64,000 bases of DNA from Ramazzottius varieornatus (GCA_001949185.1 BDGG01000024.1:76587-140586); one strand, 5' to 3'. Positions 47,129-61,319 are shown, counted from the stretch's first letter. The notes: a model not told the origin generated them from the letters alone. A program made the numbers and translations.

Positions 47129-47235
47129 TTTCTCAAGTCGACTTCTTACACTGCCTATGGCCTCTTTGTCCGGAAATGGCGCCGCGTAGGACACAGCCGT
47201 TATTTTTGTCATATGTCTGATGTACATTTACTACT
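47129..47235 (-). repeat. Right terminal inverted repeat of the Polinton
   Basis: Ends in ACTACT, followed by TSD gctggc. Confidence 0.95.
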
Positions 47236-47241
47236 GCTGGC

Positions 47242-47873
47242 GCTTTGTACCCTGGTCTGGCTCTACGTTCATACCATTTACCTTCCCGGCTTTATACTGA
47301 GCGTCCCCTACTATCAGCGCTCACTGGATGATGGTTGCTTGGTTAATCTGAGGCACCAGTTCCAGTGGTCTATAGTGGTACAGTTCTGCTTGTTCAAGAT
47401 TCCAGTTTGCCTCGTCATACTATGTTATCCTTTCATTGCGTGCAAGTTGCGTGCAAGAGGTATCCTCCGCGCTGCCAGCCGCCATTAAGCCTGTGGAAAA
47501 TGACAGATGCAACAAGGTCGTCGAAGAAAAGACGGCAAATACAGCACGTCGAGAAGTAAGCAAAACAGCGAAAACCAATCAAGGCCATGGTGGACGACAC
47601 TCAAAGCAGCCCGACGGTCAGCAAAGTTTTCGACGCCGAGGTGGTCGTTTGATGTTGAGCCTGATGACCGCCTCCATGCTAATATTTTGGGCACCCTCGG
47701 TGGTCTATTATACCGTCGTCTCGTTAACGACCCTTGATTGGTCAATTTTCGGACAGATTGCAAACATATTCTGTTTGCTTGAAACCGCCTCCGATCCGTT
47801 TTGCTTCATTCTAGCGCTCAAAGACGTACGACGTGCGCTTCTCCAGTCGATCCGTAGTCCAACGACTTGTTGA
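47242..47873 (+). pseudogene. Rhodopsin-class GPCR, 3' half (TM4-TM7), with one frameshift near 47455
   Basis: LCTLVWLYVH...LPG, ECL2 Cys, IPVCLVILCYP (TM5), LIFWAP (TM6), SDPFCFILALKDVR (TM7/H8). Confidence 0.85.
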
Positions 47874-50800
47874 CCCTTGAACTCGAAAAGATCAGACGAC
47901 TAGATGTTGGACTAGACACTACTGCGGACAGAAGTAATCGCTGGTTTTCATCCATGACTGCTTTGATCTTCTCTAACAAAAACGGGCTGGGAATCGAGTC
48001 GCATCGCACTGCTTCATGACTCCAGCGCAGTGCGCCTGTATGTTCATGATAACTCCCGTTCTGGAAATAAAAATAGTCAGCTAGTCAATCTCACTGACGT
48101 ACGGAACAACTAAGCCAAAGGCACCTACACTGTCTCCCAGAAGTGAGTAACCCCCCTATACACCCACTGGAAAATTGATATCTCCACTTCCCTTCCACCG
48201 ATTTCGATGATTCCAGCACTGTTATGAAGAACGATGTTTGGTCTTCAAGATCACGTGGCTTTCAGTTCCGGCCATCAATAAATCAATTGTTGGAACTTGG
48301 TCCGCGTAACTGCGAAAACTGCCCTGTTTTCGATGCACTGCTGCCCCGTCAGACCCTGCCCGAAAGAAACCTCCATACTGTCAGAAAATAGGGCATACGA
48401 CAACGCTTCGTCAAGGAATAATCTTGTATTGTCAGACCTAACCTATCCATTCTAACGAGGGACTATTCAGACCATCTCACTGGCCGATCAGGATATCAGT
48501 GCTTTTTCGTGATAGCTGAGACGCTTAGCTCTCTGCAAAGTCTCGGGAAGAAAGGCAGATGACCACTTGCCGCAGCTGGAGAAAATCCTAAAAGTGCGTC
48601 GTCCACCGTAGATCTAGTGTTGTAGCCTGCAAAGCGTTACGAGTTGTAGCCTGTAAAGCTTTACAACCCCGAAAACTGCACGGTTATTCGAGAAAACTCC
48701 AGATTTCACGTGTGGAAGGCAAGAAAGATCTAAATTAAGATCTAAATCTCATACCATTAGGGGTGGATGGCCAGACTCATCTTCGACGTATTTTTCGGAG
48801 TTTCTGACGGAAGCTGTCACTGTTACCAGGTATTTTATTCTAGCTAATCAGTAGCTCGGCAAACAAACTGGTTCGTGTATCTGAGTGGCGCACTCTTCCA
48901 GGTAGCTGAACCGAGAACGTACGCTAGTTGGGAAAGCGATGAAACTAGACAAGATGGTTTCTCCAAGTGGATCACACTTGCCGCTAGCACCATCGACAAC
49001 GTGCGCCACTTGAAAAAACAAACAGAGCGGTCCGTTTCTCGCAGCTTTTCGTCGCGAGCCGCTGCGTGCACTCTGTCGCTGGATCACATGCACCTTTTCG
49101 TCTTCCTGCAAACACATATGGTCATAAAGGTGTATGCGTATGCACGATGCGCTGTATCGCCGCTACGGCAGTTAAAATGTTGATCAGAATAATTCTAATA
49201 GATCTTACGTTCGACTTAATTAATCATTTTACTACAGCGAAACAAAAAACTTTAATCACTTTGTTTATTAGTAAAAGTCGCAGGGCTAAATTACTAATTT
49301 TAACTTGCATGGCAAACTCAAAACCCTCAATTTCTTACTGCAACAGTACACAGAATTCATATGAGCGCGAGTTGAGCGTTAGTTGATTCTTCTCACAAGT
49401 TCGTGAAGGTTAACCGGAAGTCCCGCCGCGAACTTCCACGCATTGGCCTAATTACTAGCAAGTGTTCCTGAGTCCTGACCACTGAAAAGGCCAAGCGAGT
49501 GCGTCACACCAGTGAACGGAACGAGCTTTTATTGCGGACCGTAGCACAGTGCAGCTACCGTACTTCAAAGTGCCAATCCGGATCATTTGGTTCGCGTAGT
49601 CAACGGACGCGTTCATTGATGTGCAATCAACTCTATTCAGTTTTTATTTGCCCGAACCAAATGATTGGCACTTTGCTAATGTAACCGTCTTCCCCTGTAC
49701 GACTTCACCTTACTGACTTTTATAATAGCCAGTCATGTGGCTAACTGATGTATGTATCGTTTGCTCACATTTCTGGTGGTGCAGAACGCCGATTAGTTAC
49801 TGGGTCCATACCTTTCGATGCGTTTTAGTAGCCGTGACACTTTTGAACAATGCTATTCAACCCTCAAGTTCATTGATTTTTCATAGATTGCCAAAGGTGT
49901 CAGTAAGAGCCGTTGGATGTTTTGATGCATTTGCTCGGAGCGATATCGGTCGGCTAATATTATGGTTGGTCGATCTTTGTGCGAAACGGTATTCTGGAAA
50001 GTTGGTTGTGTGGTTAATTGATATTACAAGTTAGTCAAAGTGCCAGTCAACATTTTGCCCAAATGAAATTCCGGTAGAGTACCGTACGCAGCAGCTGATG
50101 AGGTTCAATTAATTCGTTCCAGTAGGTGTTAACGGGGATATGAACCGGTAAACAGTTCGCATCAATCTTTGCGAATACCGAAAGAAGTTAAGCCGGAAGC
50201 CGAGGATCTTTTACGCAAAGTAAAATTCAAAACTCGCTACCGTATACGTTTCTCAAAGTACGGTGGGCTAGGTCACATCAATGTTATTTCTTGAAGATCC
50301 CGAAGTACGAACCGAAAGAACATTTGACTTTGCCGGAAGACAAATTGCATCCTTTCTGCCGGAGCTCTGACCGCAAATCTAAGAAGACACGACGAAAACA
50401 GCTATAAAGAAACACGATGTTGCATAGATGAGCGTTACTTTTTTCAACAGCTAACTGCATGAAACGGACCGCGGGAGAAAATTACCGGCAAGGGTTGTCA
50501 GGACAAGGAGGCTCTTCATGATGCTGTCGATATGTACCCAAGAATGCACTAAGAAAACTTCTGCTTCGCTTCGACATCGACGATTGAAAAGTTTCATGCT
50601 TCGGTTTTTATATAGGATCCGCTGAGTTGTGCACAACAAAACACTTATCCGTTTTTGAGATATACAGTAACGTGGGATATCGATGAGACGAGAAATATGC
50701 GGTGTTGATGAGACGATGACGTTCGCTTGTAGCCAAGTTTTAGAAATTTTGGAGTGGTCCATTACACTTGATTGTACAGTCCAAGAATGTACCTGTAATA

Positions 50801-51627
50801 TGCAAACGGAGGCTCTATTCTCGAGAGTGGCTTCCGGGATTTATGACGTTGTGCTTCCTGTATCCTACGTCAGCACCAGCTTGAGCACTTCACTCGCGTA
50901 AGATCGGTTTTGCGGCTGGATGTTCGTGTGCATCGGCTTTGGGGATTAACCGGATTGACCTTTGCAATTTCGATCGGGAGCTTTCACTTTCAGATTTCCT
51001 GTAAAATTCACCAGACGATATGAACTGAACACCGAGAACACTGGATAAAACGACTCCTCGACGGAGAGGCACATTTCAGCATACTACACCGATCGTGTTT
51101 CGTGGCTTTGGCATTTTTAGTACCGTTACAAATTCTGTAGTTTGCGCATACCGTCAGGCACGTGGTGAGCAAAGCGGAACGATGCAATGTTCTGGCCTAT
51201 CTAAAGGTCCACCAGAAGAGGCCGTGTTTTGCAAAAAGGATTCGCCCAAGACCGGTACAGTACTTGAAATTTTACAAGCGCATTTTTTTACAGGTTCTTT
51301 TGCCTAAAACGTTTCCTGCGTTCTAAACAAAATAAGAAGTTCAATCGGCTCCAAATCTATCGACAGGGTAGTTCTGTCGGCCCTAGTTTACGAAACAGCT
51401 GGGATACGCAGCGGTTGTTACCTCCCACTGTCCGCCGTAATCCCGGTACTACAGATTGTCAAAATTTACATGCTGCTGTTAACATTGCATGGTACGCGTA
51501 CAGTGTAGATAAGCACTAGAACTGACTACTGCCACGGAACTATTTCGTAATACCGATCTCTACCCGACTCTGATCCAAACGGTGGGCGAAACTCGCAACA
51601 ATTCATTCACGCCTGAATCAGCAGATA

Positions 51628-51842
51628 CAGTGTAGGCAGATAAGGTACTCTAAGAGGGGGCAAGATCCAAATCGAGTTTTTGATCGGTGACGTAGTAAGC
51701 AAACAGCTGATTAAGCTGCAATCTAGACACGTTAATTGCCGCTTGATCGGCTGATTACTTGGAGTCGCAATTGTTACGTCACCAGTCAAAAACTCGATTT
51801 TGGCCCTGCCCCCTTTCAGAGTACCCTTATCTGCCCACAGTG
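51628..51842. mobile_element. Tc1/mariner-type MITE
   Basis: TA|cagtgtaggcagataagg... mirrored by ...ccttatctgcccacagtg|TA; long internal palindrome. Confidence 0.75.
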
Positions 51843-52620
51843 TATGTCGGCATAAGTATTGCGGAAAAATGTTGCGCGCATGCAACAGATGTGACGGCTG
51901 CATACGTTAATACCGGCAGGCAGTCTCTGTTTAGATGGTACGACCACACAAACACAAACCTACGAAATGGACTGCGTTCGTCGTAATAGTGGTCGTAATT
52001 CGGGCGAATCTGGCTTCGCTCACGTAACGCCTCAATGGGCACAGCGCACGTACACGGCTTACACTCTGGTCTGAGTCGTGACGTCAGCATTGCCGTTTCC
52101 TAGCTGTTTGTCATATTCGAATTTCCCAGCGGCATGGCTGAATTTCAACGATGCGCGTATTCGTTTGGGAAGATCAATGTACATGGAGATCCGATAAGCT
52201 GGTCGGATCTTGATTTTAAATAACGATAAAAAAATGAGCAATGATTTGATTCTTCGAAACTTTGTTCTCATGGTTCAGCTTACAGGAGCGTTGTGCAAAA
52301 ATCTTGTGGAGGTGTCGCGCTTCTTGGAGGACGACGATGATACCTGAACTAGACAGAAATTAAGGAGTCTTCGTCAAACCAACATACAGTGCACTTCGGG
52401 CTGGTTTGTTCTCGGGTGGAACATTTTAGAATAACTTCACTAATGCTATTCTGCTGCAGAAACCATATGACTTTAGATAAAATACGTCGCTTTCGAGCTC
52501 GTGCACATATTGTAAATGAATCTTCGAGCGATAATATGGGTGCCAACTCAGGGGGTAAGCAAATTTTCCAGTATTTTTTGGACCATGTCTAGTTTCTCCG
52601 TCCCAAACGTCTCTAACTAA

Positions 52621-53143
52621 CACCTTGAGCACGACGCGATTTCGTGCTTTCAGAATAGGATGCGGGCAAAAGACAATTTCGCCTCTTTAACTGGTTGAAA
52701 TCAGAGGGCGGTGCTAAATCGGACCAATTGTCACCTCCTCGATTGGCCGCAATTTGGGAATTTTATGTGCATTGCGCCACTTACCAACTCGAAACGGTCA
52801 AGCTCTTTGATTTTCTCTTGACCACTGGGCAGATCCTTTCACAAATCTGAAACTGTCGCAAAATACAAGAATTGTTGGACTTGGGCTACAATTGTTTTGG
52901 AGACCATGGAGTAGCGGAGAGCCTGGCTGAAAAATAATTTGTTAGCTACGGCGAAATTCCATCGGAAACGGAAAAAAGTCCAAACAGTTTTGCGGAGCCA
53001 CTGTCCAGTGGCCGTTGGTTTGAAAATAAGGTGATCCTTCAGGCAAATAAAGAAGAACGCTCAGCAAAAACTGAAGTGGAATCTCGCTACGCACAACTGA
53101 GTGTGCGCGAGGAAAGTGAGTTTCCCGCCCCTTGTTCAAGGTG
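52621..53143. mobile_element. piggyBac-like non-autonomous element
   Basis: TIR caccttgagc/gttcaaggtg with (c)taa and ttaa flanks; partial second copy at 3060-3390. Confidence 0.6.
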
Positions 53144-53245
53144 TTAAGTACGCACCAAGCGCAAAAGCCAGGCGGCGACTTCAGCAAATACGTCATCAGT
53201 ACATCTTCCGCCGTCTACCACATGGCCTTTGCGTACCTCAGAGTA

Positions 53246-53792
53246 CAGGGTGTTCCCTATAAGTTGGAACGATTTTGGACTTGAATAAGAATGAGCAGTG
53301 CTCTCAGTTCTCCGAAAATTCGTTTCTAGGTACGTCTAAATATTGAGAACACTGTGTAAAAATCTTGTCGAGGTGTCGTGCTCCAGAGGGTGCACAGCGC
53401 TGAAGACGTGAACTAGGTGGAATTCGAAAAGTTTTTGCAAAACTAGCATGCAGTACATTTCAGGCTGGTTTGTTTGCGTGTGATACGTTTGAGAGCAATT
53501 TCGCTGATGCTATTCTATTGAAGAGACCTTCTAGATATAGTAGGAAAGTATCACTTACGATTTCCTGCACAAGGCTAAATAATTTAGCTGAGATTCCCAC
53601 TTTTCACCCGTAAAATGTATAGTTTTCAAGAGCTCACAACAGTTAAAAGATCAGTGTTGTGTTGAAGTGACCGTCCTAAAAATTCAAGATGAAGACATGC
53701 CCTATCGAGTGAGCGGAGGTCTGGAAATTTATAGCTAGAAGCGACTTCACCACGAATTTTCAAAATCATTCCAACTTATAGGGAACACCCCG
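53246..53792. mobile_element. Tc1/mariner-type MITE
   Basis: TA|cagggtgttccctataagttggaacgattttg mirrored by caaaatcattccaacttatagggaacaccccg; interior resembles 52290-52510. Confidence 0.8.
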
Positions 53793-54562
53793 TGCTCAGT
53801 GCGTATGCGCCCTGAAAGTTCACGAGGCCTTATTCCAGACAATATGACACTGTTTGCAGTGTTGCACCAATCTTATTCCCAGATTTAGTTACAGTTTCAC
53901 TTAACGCTGCCAGTACCATGGGGTGCAACTGATCCCAGTGCCGCAATTCTTGCCAGAGTACGGGCTTGATATCCAGCGTATCAGCTTAAGGGTTTTTGCT
54001 TTGCCCGGGCAAATCGAGTGAAGCATAGTGACCGCTGGTCAGACAAACCAGAAACCTTCAGCAATAAATCGCTCGAGGAGGGAAGATTTTGTCTCCTTCC
54101 CTTGGGAAATTTTTCTAATTTTCAACTGTGGAACTCTCTTCGAATAATTGGTGAAGGAGAGAAGTGTATTCTCTCTTGCACGTTGTGGGCAGACTGGACA
54201 AGCTGAGTCTGCTGACCGCAGGAGAACATTCAAACTGACCATTGATGCGGAGCTGTTACCCGATCAAGCTGGCGCAAGGTAGCTTCGCCTCGTTTTACGT
54301 CACTCGAACCATGCATCCTGCTACCGGCCAAATTAAACTCCACCTCCTCTTTTCAGCGAGTTAAAGTCCCTGGGATCGTTTAAACCCCGTGGCTCAATTC
54401 CGACACAAAATACGTGGTACTGCAAGTGTCAAGAGTCAAATAATTCAGTCTCACGGTATACAGTTCTAATTCAGACGATTCAGTTTTGATCCCAGCAAAT
54501 TTAGCTTTGCTCTCATTCTAAGGGATTTAACTCCCTCGAATTTTAGCTCTAGTTCCAAGTAT

Positions 54563-54841
54563 AGAAGGCTCGGCGAAGCTAGAATAAGCCGTTTTAGCCG
54601 TTCTTGGCCGTGGCAGGAAATATTTTAGCCGCGGCTAAATCAGCTAAAATACTTTTAGCCATGGCTAGAATGTACTGTGCGTTCGAATGATTTATTGATG
54701 CCAAAACTATTTTAGCTGACTCAACATCAATAAATCAATCGAACGCATAATATATTTTAGCCGTGCCTAAAGGTATTTTAGCTGCTTCAGCCACGACTGA
54801 GAACGGCTAAAGCGGCTTATTCTAGCTTCGCCGAGCCTTCT
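54563..54841. mobile_element. Foldback MITE with ttttagcc repeats (partial copy at ~1528-1590)
   Basis: agaaggctcggcgaagctagaataagccg...cggcttattctagcttcgccgagccttct; the whole element is a hairpin. Confidence 0.8.
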
Positions 54842-56106
54842 TTACTTCCGAGATGTACTTTTAGTCCCACGAAATTTAGTTCATAAGGTCATATCACTCC
54901 CTCCACAATAGCTATTCACTCTCAAAAAACCCTTCGATTCTAAAAGCATTTGGAAGATAAAAAGATCTTAGAAAGTGAAGAAACGAGTTAAAAACCATGG
55001 TAGACCGAATCCGCTCTTTCAATCACTGTTTCTCTGTCTACAGCTTAGTTTTGTCCGTAACGAACTTGATATCATAGTCAGAATGATTTTCCTAGTCAGA
55101 ATGAATTTGTTAAATTTAGTTTTACTTTAAAGCGTTTCCGCTGCACTTGCACCTTCACTATTTCGCTCCACAAAGTTTCGCTCTCGGCAGTTTCTCCCGC
55201 GGCTGTTAGTTTTACTCTCAGTTTTACTTCCGGCAGTAAAACTGACAATACTAAAACGGTGACTGAAAAGAAGAGTAAATTCAGTGTTGAACTGGTATTG
55301 GGTTTTCAGTATTGGTAAAGTGAAGTATTTCGGCTTCCCTTGTTAAAGTATCGGTATTCGTCCAAATGTACCGTCATTACCTCCCGTAAAGTACAGATCA
55401 AAACGAGTAACTGAAGGCATTATGAGCACCGTCAAAAATTAAACCGTTGTTATTCAACTAAACTCATTGCTAAATTTACGCTAAATTTCATACGCTAAAT
55501 TTTTATAACAGAACATGGTCAGTAAATGAGAAAGAAATAAGCGGAATTGTCCGAAGAGCAAACAAGTCGAAAACTCCTGAAGTCAGATATTGGCAGGCAG
55601 TCGGTGCACCGACTGCCCGTGGATACGAGTACAACCCTTCAGGATGCTCCGTTACACTCAAACTTTTCAGTTACTCTAGGCCACAGTGCCGCTCTCGGCT
55701 TTCGGTTTTACCCTCAGTTTTGAGTAAATTTTTAGTAAAGGTGCAACTGAAAAAAAGAGTAAATCGAATTTTCTCTGTAGTATAACTGAATACAACACTG
55801 GCATTGACTGACGGTTAACAATGGGGTGCGCGAATCCAGAACGCATGGGTGTTACGGCGTGTACGAGTCACGGCTCAGTTTAATGAATCAGCGTGTGCAT
55901 GGGCATTTCATTGGCTGATTTCATGCGCAGCGCAGGCACAGTTTCGCCCAGCTGACGAGGGGATTTTGCCATTGCACCAGTCTTATTTCACAAACTGAAA
56001 CGGCGGAAAAGTAGAGGGGAGTTTTATCCTACCGACCGAGACAAACCGGGCTGGCAGATACAAATCCTGGAAGACATAGCAGGAAACGGAAGTGACGTCA
56101 GAATCT

Positions 56107-56457
56107 GGGCGGAACATGGGCATCACCAAAGTTCACTTCGGCATCGGTCAAGTGGTTTGATTGTGTGCTGGTTGGTTCGCTACTCGATTGATCTGTGACA
56201 TTATATGGGTAAAACAGCGACTGATCACTATTTTTGGCTGTTTTGTCAAACTTTGTCCTGTTTTCTTGTTCTGGAGAATTTATGTCCACAGAATCCATGT
56301 CTACGCTAACCGGAGGCGAGAAAACGAGAAAAGAGGACACATTTCGACAAAACAGTAAAAACAGCTGCTCTTTTGCCCATATAGTGTCACAGATCAATCA
56401 AATAGTGATTCAACCAGCACACGTTCAAACCACTTGATTGATTCCCATGTTTCGCCT
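56107..56457. mobile_element. MITE with long imperfect TIRs
   Basis: tcaagtggtttga..gtgtgctggttg..gatctgtgaca mirrored by tgtcacagatc..caaccagcacac..tcaaaccacttga. Confidence 0.6.
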
Positions 56458-58018
56458 ATGTCTTAATTCGTTCATTATTGGCGACATAACACTTCCCTCT
56501 CTTGAGTCTTCTCTGTTACTTCACCCATAGTCTGTGGTCATTCCCTTACTGTACTTTCTTGAGCCGATCGCTCGGCGTGGTCTGTTCGAAATCATTCTTG
56601 AAACCATTTTTGCGCAGCGCATGGCTCCGCCTGGTTAATTGTGGCGCATTCCAACATTACTGGGATGTCCCAGTTCAACCATCCCCCAAAGTCCCCAAAG
56701 TCCCAGTTCAGCACTCCTCTAGGTCTACGCTACGTGCCCGAAAGGCACTTTTTCAAAATGGCGACCAGTAGAAAAGATACTCTGGAAATGGACATAGTGG
56801 GGATGAAGAAAGCCAATGAAGATGCGCAACTGGTCTTTGCGAGAGAGGCCCTCATACCGGATTTGGTACTGATCTGCTAGACCACTACCACCCTCCTACC
56901 ACCAACATCAGTACCGCCATCAGCACCACAGCAGCACCACAGTTAGAGCAGCAGGAGTTTAAGCAGCCGGCTACTGACACGCCGACCTTGGAGAGGTAGT
57001 GAGAATTCCAGACGAGTACAACAAGTGTAAGGCTACTGCAACAGCTACAGCTTGGTACTTCGGTTTCTTCGTTGAGTAGAACCTTCTAGGCCAATAGGTG
57101 CCACCACTTTGTTGTTTTGAATTGCACAACTTCAGATTCGCCAATCTCAACAACAGGTGGCTCATGTTTTCCAGGTCTATGACGCGGAGTTGCCGGAAAG
57201 GCTCTTTCCATCCTCTCATATCCCAAACAATGTTCTTAGTACTGAATCTACCTGTAACAAAAAACGGCACGGGTACGGATACAAAATGAGTCAGATAGAC
57301 ACGCACTTTCGAACTACAGCTAGATGGCGTCTCAATGTGAGTATCTCTTGACCTTTCACATACGGCAATATTCAAAAGTCTGAAATGCTGCTTCTAAGAC
57401 TTATAACAATCCCTCCGGCAATCACAAAACATCAGACGTGCATTTCTCTGAACAGACATAGCATTTCAATAGTTATTCTCCTAACAATGAGCTCGTCCAT
57501 AAAACGCAGCTTCTTTGGAAAGAGAATTTTGGCCTTGGCGCTCGGGAACACTTCCTCGCTCTGACAGATAAAGGGTTGATGAGCTCTAGTCTGATGCTGT
57601 ACTATTCCTGCTGCGAAAATTAGCGCAAGAGAGTCGAATTGCGAACGGTGGACTGGGACTCTGTTGGACTCTGGTTGGGATATTCGGATAGACCCAGGGA
57701 AAACCTCATTTATGGAACACGAAAGGGCAGTTCCTTAACCCCCAGCGATTGACAAGTCGTAGCCAGAGAAGGCAGAGATTTGAAGTTTTACTGTAGTCTG
57801 CACTGGAATATGACAGCCGAAACCCGGCGCCTTATCTCGATTCTGAATCAGTACAACAAATGAACTACGGTTCGCCTGAAAAAGCGTCCGCTATAAAAGC
57901 AGTTAGGTGCTACGGACTAACTGGGCCAAAGCAAATAACTGGGTCACAACAGAATTTCTCCTTGGAAAAGACCCAAGGGAAGTCAGATTCCACCAGACGG
58001 CTATGGGGAAATACACCC

Positions 58019-58891
58019 CGTTCAAGCAAACTTGCTACCACCTGCAACTTCGACGTATAAAAAAATAGAGATTGCTTCTCTTCCTCTCATTCCTACAAAC
58101 TATCACACGACAATCAGTCAATCAGATTTGCATTTGAGCCGGCTCTCTTTTAACTTGTGGGATATTTACTGCCAATCGAACCACCATGGCCAGCAGCGGT
58201 CGTTTGTCCCATCGGTTTTCTCAGACTCTCTCGCGTTGTGCAACTTCTCAAAGTTTCCAGCGAAAGCTTTTTCATTTAAACTTTTCTCTCCAAAGTTAAT
58301 TAGTTCACGTTTGTTCGAACCATCTGCGCAAAGTGCGACTTCTTTATTCACGAACAAAACAAAGTCTCTGGATTCCCATGTGTGAGTACTGTAACAGTCG
58401 CCTATTCAATTCTAGCAAACGAAAAGATATTTAAGCTGTGGCCTAAAATCAGGAGAGTCTGCAGGAAAGCCCTGGAAGCGTGGCAAATGAATCAAATCTA
58501 ACAAATTCGGCCGTTTTGCCAGTAAACCCCGTCCTCTGTCAGAAATTCCAGCTCGTGACCTGAACTGCACATCTGTACTTCTGACCAATTTTCCCGAGAT
58601 ACAGTCCTTAATCCAGTTTTTTTGAACGGAAAAATTGCAGAACCTCAAACCAAAACTGAAGAGAGTATTTTTGACAACCCCCTCAAAAATTTCGAAAGTT
58701 AGAGTACTTTTCGCTTTTCACGACCTGTAATTCATTGTCGATTCTGACTTCTTGTAAACAGATTCTGGGCCAGTAACTGTTCTTGAGGTTACCAATAAGA
58801 TGCTAAATCGAGGAAAACTAGTTACGAAGTTGCGCGATTATCCCGTCGAGAGCGGCTTGAATTAATAGGTGGTAGCAAGTTTGTTTGAACG
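58019..58891. mobile_element. Non-autonomous DNA transposon with ~25-bp TIRs
   Basis: cgttcaagcaaacttgctaccacct / aggtggtagcaagtttgtttgaacg. Confidence 0.6.
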
Positions 58892-61319
58892 AGCCATAAT
58901 TCCCTTCGTCTCCGTATCGCTCTAGCAGACGAAGGGAAGCACTGTACGTAAAAGGTCAACAGCAGGCCTCGACCAGGCACTTGTATGGATTGTTGTGTAG
59001 TCTCTTCCTTTCCTCCATGTCAGAAGCGCCCAGCTTTGTAGTCGGCAAACAGAGGGAGTGGTTTTGTCTATCTTCACAGTCCCTTCTCATCATCGGCACT
59101 GTACGCAGATATCAGCTTGCATTTTCAGCAAAACTTGGCTTCCGGCACAGCATTAGGGGAATCGCAAAGCTAGCAGAAGAACTTAGAAAACGAGCACTAA
59201 TGGATTTGAAAGTATTGTTCCGGAACGGAAGCCCTCTGCCAGAGGGGCATGAATTACGTTCCTCCACGGTATCTGCCAGCTGAAGCATTACTTAATGATA
59301 TAAGTGACCGACTCAATTCCTCTCGTGGTAAACGAAGCTAACCCCTCTTCGTTTCATGGATTACGTGACGTGCGCTGTTGTCGTCGGGAGAATACCCTGC
59401 TGGTTACCCTATCCCTATCTGCACGATCAGCCCAAGAAATGGAAGCCTTTGGCTTTGTGAAAAGACAATTCGACCCACGGATTTTCCATCCCGAAAGGTG
59501 GTCAGACGGTGGTTTTGTTGTTTGAGGAGCACACTAACCTGGCCCTGCGTCTTTCAGCATGAAGGATGGACGATGGAGGACTCTGATGGTTTTGTGCGTC
59601 AGTGTAGTTTCGGCCCTCCCCCCAGGATCAACCAAGGATGTCTGCTTCACTGCTACCTCAAACATGGAGTCGAACTCCGCTCCACCTGAAGGTCCTCAAG
59701 ATGGATCGAACGACAACTGCTACCGTAAGTTACTGGTCAATTTCGTGCAATCAGATGTTTATGGCCTTTTCCCTACGTTCATGTTTGTCCAGTTGGTTGC
59801 CTAAATCTCGTTGTCTCGTATCTCGTAGAAAAGAATCGAATATGTGTGCCCGCAGACAAATATTTTCCCAAGTGGCGCATGCGGTCAGCGTTAGTGCCTG
59901 GAAGCGTGCATCACGTGGAACATCCATCTTGTCGACTTTGTTTGCTTCCCCATAGTGGGGCGCTCGTTTTCTGTGATGACAGCCGGAAGCATGCTCTGCT
60001 TGAAAAACTGGTCTTGTCGAGGCCAAAATTCCACGACCAAACGTTGGTGTTAGCTTTCACGACCACACAAAACTGAAACTTTCTGCTTGTGTTCCTTAGT
60101 GGCTTTTCGGAGGGACCTGAAAAAGATCCGCAAAAGCCCTCAACCCGATTCCCGACGCTTTACCGCCTGTCAAGCCGCGATATTTTACAAGATGGACCAA
60201 CTACGAGCTCTTCCCACTGCCATTTGCTGATCTGGACCACATCGACATCAAGTCGTGGGCGCAGAAACAGTCGACCGATGCTCAATGCTCCACATGCCTA
60301 TCGTGGTGTGCTGTCCATCCGCACTGCATCAGCTCAGGCATGCAGGCCGACGAAAATTCTCACCCATCATGCGATTTGCCCGAATACCTCTTTGTCTACT
60401 TCACATGCACTCTGATACTTCGAAAAACTTCCTTTCCGGCGGTGTCTTGAAAATCTGGCAGGTCTACAACTTGTGTATTCTGCTCTCAGTGTCTTACTCG
60501 GACGTTTCAGTTGTACTGCGGGAATACGGCGAGAGACTGATTCGTGTATCCTCACAGGCGCCCTAAGTATGCGTTACATAGCATTACCGGAATGTTTTAT
60601 GTCTGCTAAGAGCCAATTCGAACCCCACTGCGGGTATCTTACCGTTGCACTTTATGATTCTGACCACGATATTGAGCAAGAATTATTAAATTAAAAAACT
60701 GAGCCAGATAAGCGCTGTTTGAAATGTCTCCAGAAACGAAAGAATAGAGAATAAAAGAAAAGACGGTTTGCGATTGTTCTTGCCGAAGATTTTCCATGAA
60801 ACTCGACAGTCCAGCACCAGTACTCAGGTAGAATTCGGCAAATCTACGGCAATCAGTGCGGCGGCATGGCCTTTCATCATGGCTCCAACTCCGCCCCTTG
60901 CCGCGCGAGATGGACGCGTCGTCGAAATCCGAGAAAACATGTGACGGACTGGTTGCGCAATCTTACGCTTCATATCATTGAAACACTGCCGCGAACTGCA
61001 AATGCACTACGAAAGCTTCTCGCCGTTTTCTTTTTAGCTTTCTTAGCCAAGTTACGACTTTCATCGTGCCAACCCAAGGAGTTCGACGAAGTTCGAGGGC
61101 TTCGTCTCATGCATGTCAACATTCCGATAACATTCCAGAAGACGAAGATGCCACAATCAACGCCATTTCAACCGTCCATCGCAGCGCAAAACGTAAGCTC
61201 AATCTTTCTAGATACTTGCTACAAACTCTACCTTTACTATATTTGCTTATGGATGGAGAGTTTGTATGTTTTCTCTTCTCTTAGACTTTGTACTAGTTCA
61301 GAACACTGTCGTACAGAAG

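Larger units (their letters stand above)
25256..47235. mobile_element. Polinton/Maverick (adintovirus-type) endogenous element, ~22 kb, decayed
   Basis: AGTAGT...ACTACT termini; ~107-bp TIR with 2 mismatches; 6-bp TSD gctggc (25250-25255, 47236-47241); ATPase, integrase, penton, MCP, protease and pPolB genes. Confidence 0.97.

Noticed and set aside
56960-57660. Possible degenerate coding region
   Set aside because: Many stops and no recognisable family
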